64,000 bases of DNA from Thermoplasmata archaeon. Its GTDB lineage: Archaea; Thermoplasmatota; Thermoplasmata; Halarchaeoplasmatales; Halarchaeoplasmataceae. Shown here one piece after another: positions 48,539-56,652 of this stretch; position 1 is the first letter of the stretch; each line of letters starts with the position of its first letter. The stretch spans positions 30,134-94,133 of the forward strand of contig PWHR01000063.1 of the NCBI GenBank assembly GCA_003554965.1, in the 5' to 3' direction. Made by a program: the position numbers and the translations under genes. The notes under the pieces were generated by a model, which did no database searches, was not told the DNA's origin, and saw only the letters and a list, made by a program, of their open reading frames with translations.

Positions 48539-49729
48539 TTATACCTCTAGAGTTAAGTCCTTAGCATCTATGAGTTCCTCGATGACCTTCTCTATATCTT
48601 CTTCCGGTTTTTCGCATGATTCTTTTATTTCCCCTAAAGTGTGCTCTCCATCCAGCAGCTTCAAAAGTTGGAGTATGTCTTTTTCAAACTCCATTTCACA
48701 TTCTCGGAAAACGATCTTTTCTCCGCTCTGCTCGTATGAGCCAAGTAGCTTAGGTCTGTAGCTCTCTTTCAAATCCGGTATCTCAAAATAGGTGGGCTCT
48801 CCATCCTTGTGGATAGGATAGAACGCGAAAACCGGAGCCTCTGCTCCGAATTTTTTCTTAAAAACGTACCGGTAGCTCTCTAATCCTGTAGTGGTCCCCT
48901 CACCTACAGCTTTCGCGAGAGAAAAAGGCGTGCCTGTAACGTCACCAGCTGCATAAAGACCCTTATCTATCTTTCCTCTTCTATCGGTCTTTATGAAACC
49001 GTTCTCATCCTTTTCGCAGTCGATGATATCGGTGGTCGAAGCTGAGAGTTGATATGATTCGAAATCTATATTGATATGATCCCCTACGATCTCATCATTT
49101 TTAGTTATAACTTTGATCTTTTCTTTTCCATCTTCTTCAAAGGTCTCATACTTTCTGATATTTTTCCCTTCATCTAACACTCTTTTCACATCCATCCTGC
49201 CCTGATTTATATCTTCAAAGAACTCCAAAGTTTTCTTTATTTCATGAGTTCCTACGAATATGATAGTCTTGCCTTTCTCCTCTTCACACAGTTTTTCGAA
49301 ATGATCTTCCATGAACCTGTAGCCTTTCAACGTACCGAAGAGCTTATCTCCGAAATGTTCTCTTTCGTTCCAAGTCATCCTCATGCCCGTTGCTATTATC
49401 ACCGACAGAGACCAATATTCTTCCTTATCCGTAGTAACTTTGAATAGGTCGTCTTTTTTTTCTACGCTGAGGACCTTCTCATTTTTAAGAGGGATAGAAT
49501 AGTCCTTCATATCTTTCATCAGGCTATCTCTCACTTTTCCTTTTTCAAACATCCAACCGTCTCCGGTCATCCTGACGTCGGTCCAATCGGATATACCACC
49601 AGGAGAGTAATTGGAGATGACCATCACGCTAGCCGGGATCAAGTTATAGGTTCTAATCCTTCTAGCTCTTGCAGCCGCTGAAAGACCGGCAGGCCCTGCT
49701 CCGACTATTATTATGTCGCTATCATACAT
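48539..49729 (-). CDS. Thioredoxin-reductase-fold flavoprotein lacking CxxC, with C-terminal PqqD/RRE-like wHTH
   Basis: GAGPAG, IIATG and GLYAAGDV FAD motifs; no CxxC; FVGTHE in place of GxGxxA; tail LLKLLDGEHTLGEI...EDIEKVIEELID. Confidence 0.75.
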   Translation of the reverse strand: MYDSDIIIVGAGPAGLSAAARARRIRTYNLIPASVMVISNYSPGGISDWTDVRMTGDGWMFEKGKVRDSLMKDMKDYSIPLKNEKVLSVEKKDDLFKVTTDKEEYWSLSVIIATGMRMTWNEREHFGDKLFGTLKGYRFMEDHFEKLCEEEKGKTIIFVGTHEIKKTLEFFEDINQGRMDVKRVLDEGKNIRKYETFEEDGKEKIKVITKNDEIVGDHINIDFESYQLSASTTDIIDCEKDENGFIKTDRRGKIDKGLYAAGDVTGTPFSLAKAVGEGTTTGLESYRYVFKKKFGAEAPVFAFYPIHKDGEPTYFEIPDLKESYRPKLLGSYEQSGEKIVFRECEMEFEKDILQLLKLLDGEHTLGEIKESCEKPEEDIEKVIEELIDAKDLTLEV

Positions 49730-49757
49730 CTTATCACTCTTATAAGCTTTCTATCAA

Positions 49758-50219
49758 TCATATACCTGTAACTTCATTGGATCTTATCATGTCAAAAACC
49801 CAATCGGGGAAGGTTTCAAATTCGAGTTCCTTTCCAGTTTCAAGTATGATCTGACCTTTTTCAGGCTGTACTTCTATCTTGTCGCCTTCATCGACTTGAT
49901 CTAAGATACCTTCTATTTTGATCGGCCAGATGCCATTGTTGATGCAGTTCCTGAACATATATCGAGAAAAACTTTCCGCGATCACACACTTTATCCCTGA
50001 CAATTTTATCGCCCAAGCTCCGCTCTCTCTTCCAGATCCCATACCGAAATACCTTCCGGCAACGATGATGTCGCCTTCTTCAACTGAACGATAGAATCCA
50101 GGTTCAACTCCTTCCATCAACCCTTTTAAGAGTTTCTCCTTATCTAAAGAGAAATATTCGCTTGGATGGATCTCGTCCAGGGTCACATCGTGGCCAAAAA
50201 CTCTTGCTCTACCTTTCAT
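49758..50219 (-). CDS. 3-isopropylmalate/homoaconitate dehydratase-family small subunit (LeuD/HacB-like)
   Basis: GDIIVAGRYFGMGSGRE, VIAESFSR..FRNCINNG. Confidence 0.88.
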   Translation of the reverse strand: MKGRARVFGHDVTLDEIHPSEYFSLDKEKLLKGLMEGVEPGFYRSVEEGDIIVAGRYFGMGSGRESGAWAIKLSGIKCVIAESFSRYMFRNCINNGIWPIKIEGILDQVDEGDKIEVQPEKGQIILETGKELEFETFPDWVFDMIRSNEVTGI

Positions 50220-51402
50220 CTTTTGCACCTCCGGTCGTTATGAAACCGTTGAGAGCTGAACGAGCGCAGACCTCAGCGTTCGCTATAAATATATCTCCTC
50301 CACCCATCCTTCCAGGATAGTTTCGGTTCTGGGTGGTGAGACATCTCTCTCCTTTCGCCATGAGTCCCTTATCTATCCCCGGACAAGGGCCACAGCTCGG
50401 GTTCAAGATCACGGCTCCCGCATCGACCAGTTTTTGGATAAAACCCTTTTCCAAAGCTTGGGTCATCACAAGTTTTGATGCCGGTGTAACCAAAAATCTG
50501 ACGTCTTCATGGACCTTCTTTCCTTCTAGTACCTCTACAGCCGTTTTCAGATCTGATAATCTTCCACTAGCACACGAACCAAGAAATACCTGATCTATGG
50601 TTTTACCTTCCTCTGAATACACCTTATCCACATTATATGGTCGGTGAGGTTTGGCTAAAAGGGGTTCTTCGATCGAAATATTGATATTTTCTGAGTGATC
50701 ATCCTCATCATATCCTGGAAAAGAGAAAGAACTGCTCATATCGAACCTCCTTAAATACTCTCTAGTGAGCTCGTCGGGAGGAAATACTGCCGATTTAGCT
50801 CCAGTTTCTGCTGCCATATTGCATATAGTCATCCTTCCGTCCATCTTTATTCCCGTTTTATCGACGAATTCTAAAAAGCGGTAATTGCCCTCATATTTCA
50901 GTTCATCTAAAATCGCAAGTGCGATATCAGTATGATCTTCTCCATCTTCTATCTCCACCTTGATAGTCTCTGGTACCTTGAGCCATATCTCTCCTTTCTT
51001 CAATATCTCCACTGTGTCACTAGCTCCGAAACCAACACCGAAAGCTCCCAGGGCGCCGTACATAGTAGAGTGACTGTCTATCCCCGCCACGATCTCACCC
51101 GGCTTCACTCTGCCTTCACACATCACCTGGTGACAGATACCTTCAGACTCTGCATGATCCTTTATCCCTTTTTCCTTGACGAAATCTCTAAACCTTTTTA
51201 CGAAGTCTGCTCTCTCCTCTGTACTCGGAGGGCAGAAATGATCTACTACTGTAGTAACTTTTTCTGGATCCCATATCTTCTCGTCCTCCATATCATCGAA
51301 TATCAGCGGAGCGTTTCCATCATGGATCATGACTCTATCGACTGATCGGGTTACGTATTCCCCTTCCTCTCCTTCAAGCATCTTTTCGGGGATGGTCGTC
51401 AT
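50209..51402 (-). CDS. 3-isopropylmalate/homoaconitate dehydratase-family large subunit (LeuC/HacA-like)
   Basis: DH, GICHQV, DSH, CNM..E.GAK, Fe-S ligands GSCASGR and SCGPC, NRNYPGRMG. Confidence 0.9.
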   Translation of the reverse strand: MTTIPEKMLEGEEGEYVTRSVDRVMIHDGNAPLIFDDMEDEKIWDPEKVTTVVDHFCPPSTEERADFVKRFRDFVKEKGIKDHAESEGICHQVMCEGRVKPGEIVAGIDSHSTMYGALGAFGVGFGASDTVEILKKGEIWLKVPETIKVEIEDGEDHTDIALAILDELKYEGNYRFLEFVDKTGIKMDGRMTICNMAAETGAKSAVFPPDELTREYLRRFDMSSSFSFPGYDEDDHSENINISIEEPLLAKPHRPYNVDKVYSEEGKTIDQVFLGSCASGRLSDLKTAVEVLEGKKVHEDVRFLVTPASKLVMTQALEKGFIQKLVDAGAVILNPSCGPCPGIDKGLMAKGERCLTTQNRNYPGRMGGGDIFIANAEVCARSALNGFITTGGAKDER

Positions 51403-52637
51403 CGATCTTCCCTCAATTCGTCGACGATACTCCAGAACCTATCTTCGGAGAAACCGAGCATTTCTTCGTCGTAATCGGTCTTGGTCTCTAAGAACTCTTC
51501 TATCTTCCATTTTCTATCAATAGTTTTTTCCTTTTCGATACGTCTAAGAATATCCTCTATCTTTTCATCAGAAAGTGAGATGTCTTTAGATTCTAACAGA
51601 TTTTTTACATAAGTCGGTCCAGAATGCTTTCCAAGCACGAACTCCCTCTCTCGCCCCACCTCTTCAGGACTTATCGGTTCGTAAGAATCTGTATGGGATA
51701 GTATTCCTGAAACGTGAACATCACTTTCATGCCTGTAAGAATTGAAACCGGAGATAGGTTTTTGAGGTGATAGATACAATCCCGACTTCTTTTCCACCAT
51801 CTTACAGAGTTCGTATAGATAAGTAGTATCTACTCCTGTGTCCACGTTCAACAGTTTTTCGGCGATCATGATGACCTCTTCCATAGCTGGATTGCCTGAA
51901 CTGTCTCCGAGCGAGTTCACAGTCAAGGTCGGATAATTCACTCCCGCTCTGATAGCAGCTACGGTGTTAGCCACTGCAAGACCGAAATCGTTGTGGCAGT
52001 GCACACCCCACTCCTCTCCACCTACCGATCCCACCACTTCTCGGGTGAAATTATACATCGAATCAGGTGTTATCGAGCTCGCAGTATCGCATATGATTAT
52101 GCGCCTGGTACCTCTTTCTCTGACGTCTGATAGGAGTTCTTTTACGAATTTTATATTTGATCTAGTTGTATCTTCGCTTATAAAGTCGTAATTCAACCCC
52201 AGCTCCTCTGCGTACTCTATAGTCTCTAGGACGTTATCTCTACATTCTTTTTCGGTCATATCGTTCTTATAGTGAAGATGGAATTTACTCGTAGTCGAAA
52301 ATATATATAGATCTTCAACTCCAAGTTCCACCGCAGTATCTATATCTTCTTTATTGCATCTGACAGTTGCTCCTACTTCAGCATCTAGATCCAATCCGAT
52401 CAGTTCGCGGATCGCCTCTCTTTCCCCTTCGGACATCATCGGAAACCCCGCGTCGATAACCGCGACTCCCATCTCATCCATCAATTTGGCTAGTTCTACT
52501 TTGTCTTCAGCATCGAAAACTACTCCGGGACTCTGTTCACCGCCTCTGAGAGTTTCGTCCCAGATGTGTATTTTTTCTGGAAGATGGTCTGCATCCATAA
52601 AATTCATATTATTATCTTCGATCAAAGGATCCATCAT
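51399..52637 (-). CDS. DRE-TIM homocitrate/isopropylmalate/citramalate-synthase-like enzyme with atypical motifs and no regulatory domain
   Basis: DETLRGGEQSPG, HCHNDFGLAVAN, GDSSGN, HESDVH, VLGKHSG. Confidence 0.85.
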   Translation of the reverse strand: MMDPLIEDNNMNFMDADHLPEKIHIWDETLRGGEQSPGVVFDAEDKVELAKLMDEMGVAVIDAGFPMMSEGEREAIRELIGLDLDAEVGATVRCNKEDIDTAVELGVEDLYIFSTTSKFHLHYKNDMTEKECRDNVLETIEYAEELGLNYDFISEDTTRSNIKFVKELLSDVRERGTRRIIICDTASSITPDSMYNFTREVVGSVGGEEWGVHCHNDFGLAVANTVAAIRAGVNYPTLTVNSLGDSSGNPAMEEVIMIAEKLLNVDTGVDTTYLYELCKMVEKKSGLYLSPQKPISGFNSYRHESDVHVSGILSHTDSYEPISPEEVGREREFVLGKHSGPTYVKNLLESKDISLSDEKIEDILRRIEKEKTIDRKWKIEEFLETKTDYDEEMLGFSEDRFWSIVDELREDR

Positions 52638-52663
52638 TACACCGATGGAATCATGATATATGG

Positions 52664-52671
52664 TTTATAAA
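52664..52671 (-). promoter_or_regulatory. TATA box of the synthase-dehydratase-flavoprotein-rSAM operon
   Basis: TTTATAAA 27 nt upstream of ATG 52637, the expected spacing for a leaderless or short-leader archaeal transcript. Confidence 0.5.
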
Positions 52672-52675
52672 TAGC

Positions 52676-53282
52676 TTACTGAATATCTTTGATGTTATAA
52701 AATTCTTGGTTGATCTTCTCGAAATTCGTTTTTTTTTGAGATATCCTGTTCACCTTAAATATGGTTGAAACATCCATTATCTTTTCAGTCTCCACTAGGC
52801 CGTCAGCTTTAAGAGTATTACCAGTCTCTACGATATCAACGATAGCGTCGGCGATGCCGATCTTTGGAGCAAGTCCTATTGATCCGTTCAGCTTGAACAC
52901 ATCCATTTTTACTCCCATCTGTTCCAGATACTTTTCCATTATATTGACATATTCAGTAGATATACTGTATCAATCGAGTTCCTCGATATCTAATATCCTG
53001 CACATTGGCATTGCAAAACTCAATCTACAAATTCTAAAAGACAGCTCTAAAGGAACGAATACGTCGTTATCTATTTCCTCTTAAACATCCTTCCCAGAAA
53101 TACCGATATCTATACCGTGTTCAACGTACACCGGCACGTCTAAAGCCTTCACCACAGAAACAGAACACGCTCCGTTCTTATATGGTATTTTTTGTCTTCT
53201 AGATAGGCTATATTCTACCGGCCTTTTCTAACATCTCAACGCTTTAGTCGAACAATCTTACTTTAAGCAGTACTATTTTCAT
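52676..53282 (-). pseudogene. hisG: ATP phosphoribosyltransferase (short-form HisG) pseudogene
   Basis: MKIVLLKVRLFD*SVEMLEKAG, frameshift, then [25 protein letters not shown]...CRL...[16 protein letters not shown]...[30 protein letters not shown]; several stops plus a frameshift. Confidence 0.88.
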
Positions 53283-53284
53283 GA

Positions 53285-54583
53285 TTAGAGGTCTTCATGA
53301 TCTTCTTTTTTCATGGACCTCTGTTTTATCGCCGGTAGTTCCTTGAGGTAGTCTTGCATCTCTTTCATAGCTATCGCCCTTTCTTCTCCTGTTTCCATAT
53401 CCTTAAAACTGACTTCTTCGTTCTCTATCTCCCTAGGTCCTATTATCAGGGCGTAAGGTATGTCCTTGGAATCTATGTACTTCAACTGTTTGGAAATACC
53501 TCTCTTTTTAAGATCCGTATCCACTCTAAATCCATCAGATCTCAACTCTTGTGTCAATCTTAGAGCCTCATCTCTTACTTCATCGTTCACGGGACAAACG
53601 TATATATCCGCTGGTCTGTACCGCTTTTCTTTCTTCTTTTTCTCCGTTATCTCCAGCAGTCTGTCGATACCTAATCCAAATCCAGTCGCTGGAACTTCCT
53701 GGTTTCCGTAGAGGCCTATCAAGGAATCGTATCTACCCCCGGAACATACAGAGCCCTTGTCTTCTTTACCTTTCAAAAAGGTTTCAAAGACAAAACCGGT
53801 GTAATAATCGAGTCCTCTAGCGATCGAAAGATCGATCTCGATATCCTCTTCAGATACACCTAATTCCTTCGCTTTATCGATGATCTTTTCTAGATTTTCA
53901 TCGGCATCTTTCGGAACATTTTCACTTTCGATCTGATCCATCATATCATCAAATTTATTCACGCTGACATCTTTCTCCATCAGTTCATCTCTGACTTCTC
54001 TTCTTGACTTTTTATCCAACTTGTCTATCGCCCTGAAAAGCTCCATCCTCTCCTCTTCATCAGTAGCTCCCGCCTCTTCCGCTATAGCCTCTGATATATC
54101 CCTAGAGTTCACTTTCATCGTGAATCTTTCTCCAGTCACGCTCTCGAGCAGGCCGTTAGCTATCTTGAGTATCTCCGCATCGGCTTCAGGTTCGTCTGTC
54201 CCTATGAGCTCGCATCCCGCCTGCCAAAATTCTCTCATCCTTCCAGCCTGCGGTTGATCGTACCTCCACATCCTGGTGATGTAATAGTACTTTATCGGCT
54301 TTGGTTTCGAGGGATCAGATGCCACTATTCTAGCTATCGGAACAGTCGGATCGAATCTCAAACCTAGTTTACGCCCGCCTTTGTCTTCGAAAGCGTATAT
54401 CTCTTCCTCTATCTGCGGACCAGATTTCTCTGCAAGGAGTTCGAAGTGCTCGAAAGCTGGAGTCTTAACTTCTCCATATCCATAGGTCTCGAATAGGTCT
54501 CTCATCTCTTTGTATATTTCCTGTCTTTCTTCGTTCTCCTCTGGTAGCAGATCTTTTGTACCTTTCGGTGGTTGCAGTTTCAT
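53285..54583 (-). CDS. hisS: Histidine--tRNA ligase
   Basis: PKGTKD, LRFDPT, WRYDQPQAGRMREFWQ, RGLDYYTG, GGRYD, GFGLGIDRL and a C-terminal anticodon-binding domain. Confidence 0.93.
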   Translation of the reverse strand: MKLQPPKGTKDLLPEENEERQEIYKEMRDLFETYGYGEVKTPAFEHFELLAEKSGPQIEEEIYAFEDKGGRKLGLRFDPTVPIARIVASDPSKPKPIKYYYITRMWRYDQPQAGRMREFWQAGCELIGTDEPEADAEILKIANGLLESVTGERFTMKVNSRDISEAIAEEAGATDEEERMELFRAIDKLDKKSRREVRDELMEKDVSVNKFDDMMDQIESENVPKDADENLEKIIDKAKELGVSEEDIEIDLSIARGLDYYTGFVFETFLKGKEDKGSVCSGGRYDSLIGLYGNQEVPATGFGLGIDRLLEITEKKKKEKRYRPADIYVCPVNDEVRDEALRLTQELRSDGFRVDTDLKKRGISKQLKYIDSKDIPYALIIGPREIENEEVSFKDMETGEERAIAMKEMQDYLKELPAIKQRSMKKEDHEDL

Positions 54584-54644
54584 ATATTATTCCTCCTTAT
54601 AAAAAATTTAGTGATTACTGGGAAAACAGTTTTGTTTAAATTGC

Positions 54645-54809
54645 GGAGAAAAGTAAAGCTTGAACTAAGGATGAACATAGTGCCCCGAGTTATCTTCTGA
54701 AACCGGGGCTGCCAAGTACTCCTTAGGATATTTCATCTTAACGTGAGGCGGATATCTCTTCTCAATATATATAATTTTCCATCTCTTTAAGGCGAGCTTA
54801 GTTTTCTCC
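54645..54809. repeat. 165-bp element with imperfect terminal inverted repeats and nested internal stems
   Basis: GGAGAAAAGTAAAGCTTG at 54645 vs the reverse complement of cgagcttagttttctcc (54793-809); CTAAGGA/TCCTTAG (54665/54720); GCCCCG/CGGGGC (54682/54704). Confidence 0.5.
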
Positions 54810-54836
54810 TGACGAGCGTAGCGAAAAATGGTGAAT

Positions 54837-55550
54837 TTAAACGAACGCGAAATAGGCAGGTAAAAGTAAGATAACATTATATATAGCATGCACTAAAATA
54901 GGCACTATCAGGTTCTCAGTTTTTTCATATAGTCCTCCCAATATAAGGCTTGCGACGGTCACCACCATTGCTCCCATTATTATAGGAAGAATCTCTCCAG
55001 CGTAATTGCCTAGATGTAAAGCACCGAAAAGTATACTAGCGATGATGATCGAAAACAGTGGTCCAAAATTCTGTCGTAATCTCCCCTGAATAGCTCCTCT
55101 AAAGAAGAGTTCCTCCGCTGGAGCAACAAGGATCACGGAGAGTATAGCCAAAGCTAACAAAAATCTTGGATCCTGCTCAGCGATGTCTTCAATAACTGAT
55201 TCGGGCATGAGATCTAAGGCGTGTATTATCTGAGATAAAGCTACCGCAGCAAGCAGCGTTATGACAGTTCCGCCGCCGATATAGCCAAGATCAGATCTTG
55301 AAGGTATTTCAATGGGGACTTTCACTTCCCTATAACGCACATAGAATACGGCTAAAATCAAAAATGCTATTTGCCCCAGAATAGTTACACCAAGCAGCAG
55401 GGATGTAGAATCTAAAGAGATGTCGTATCCAAGTGCCAATAAGAAGACTCCAAATATAACACCCAAAAATAAGGATAAAATCAGAGCGAATACAGTGAGA
55501 CCGATGACTTCGATAACTGGCCAAGCCCTAGAGTCTTCTAATCCTGACAT
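54837..55550 (-). CDS. CPBP (CAAX protease/Abi) family intramembrane metalloprotease
   Basis: EELFFRG, FGALH and HAIYN motifs; multi-TM. Confidence 0.92.
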   Translation of the reverse strand: MSGLEDSRAWPVIEVIGLTVFALILSLFLGVIFGVFLLALGYDISLDSTSLLLGVTILGQIAFLILAVFYVRYREVKVPIEIPSRSDLGYIGGGTVITLLAAVALSQIIHALDLMPESVIEDIAEQDPRFLLALAILSVILVAPAEELFFRGAIQGRLRQNFGPLFSIIIASILFGALHLGNYAGEILPIIMGAMVVTVASLILGGLYEKTENLIVPILVHAIYNVILLLPAYFAFV

Positions 55551-55622
55551 ATAGGTATCTCATGTATGTTGGTAATTGATATAATTTTTGATATCCGATT
55601 GAGTAAAGATCAAAAGACCTGT

Positions 55623-55979
55623 TTATCCCAATTCTTTCTTTATCTTTTCTGGTAACATCGGACCTATTCCTTTCACGTCTAGTGATTCTTCTTCACTAGC
55701 TTGTTCTATATCTTCTATTGAGATAAAACCATTATCGGCTCTGATTCTTCAGATTTTTAAGATTGTTCTTCAAACTCTTCTTTCCTGTATAGAAGTCTGG
55801 TCAAAGTTGGAGGTGTCAGAGTCAGTCTAAGAAGAAGCGGTTAATCTGATTTCTGCTTTTTCACCTACCTCAACGGATTCGGATATCAAGACCTTTACTA
55901 GAACTCTCACTATTTCCTCTTTTTCGACTTCCGCTTCGCTAGGACTTTCGGCATGTCAATCTTCAGAGGTGGACTCAAC
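55623..55979 (-). pseudogene. Decayed gene remnant: Ig/CARDB-like segment plus helix-hairpin-helix
   Basis: A single frame with 4 internal stops: ...D*HAESPSEAEVEKEEIVRVLVKVLISESVEVGEKAEIRLTASS*TD...ADNGFISIEDIEQASEEESLDVKGIGPMLPEKIKKELG*. Confidence 0.65.
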
Positions 55980-56043
55980 TTCGAGTGTATAAAATCACCG
56001 TTGAATATAAATACTTGTTTTCTTTATACATTCGTAGAATATA

Positions 56044-56619
56044 ATGCCTGCCGATGAAAAAGGCTCGGATGAAAGAGAGGAACCCATCGTGAGAAGTTTC
56101 GAGCTGAACTTCCATGGATGGAACATCGGAGGCAAACTTATATTCGTCGCTACCATCATAGCGATATTATCATTGTTACTTCCATGGATAGGTGAGAACG
56201 CTGAAACTGAGATGGGGTTCAGACAGGGTATGTCCGTTTTCCTTGCCTTCTACATCTATCCTTTCTTCATATTGGTGCAGGATAAAACGATGAGTAAGAT
56301 AGCCGGAGGCCTCTCTTCTATCTTGGCGGTTATCGCACCCGGATTCCTGCTTTATTACCTATCTAGAGATATGGCCTTAAGGATACCTGAGATAATGGAT
56401 TGGGGTATAATACTCTACATAATAACGGGCATACTTTTGATCATTGGAGTCTTCAAATACGAGAGATATTACAGGCACGGAAAACCAGAAGAAAAAGAGC
56501 CGCAGGTCCTAGAAAAGAAGAAAAAGAGAGGCAAACCATGCCCCGAATGCGACAGTCCCATGGAATATGAAGAGGAATGGGAAAGATGGTACTGCGAGGA
56601 ATGCGATAAGTACCAGTAA
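56044..56619 (+). CDS. Membrane protein with C-terminal zinc ribbon
   Basis: About 4 TM helices then CPECDSPMEYEEEWERWYCEECDKYQ. Confidence 0.75.
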   Translation: MPADEKGSDEREEPIVRSFELNFHGWNIGGKLIFVATIIAILSLLLPWIGENAETEMGFRQGMSVFLAFYIYPFFILVQDKTMSKIAGGLSSILAVIAPGFLLYYLSRDMALRIPEIMDWGIILYIITGILLIIGVFKYERYYRHGKPEEKEPQVLEKKKKRGKPCPECDSPMEYEEEWERWYCEECDKYQ

Positions 56620-56652
56620 ATCGTTTTAAAAAATAGCTCTATATGATTAACT

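Noticed and set aside
54584-54836. T-box or known riboswitch upstream of hisS
   Set aside because: No T-box GGUGG(U)ACC sequence, specifier-loop layout or recognisable SAM/TPP/FMN/Moco consensus on either strand.
54665-54889. 74-aa minus-strand ORF
   Set aside because: It overlaps the CPBP gene end and the inverted-repeat element, has no RBS and no recognisable motif.
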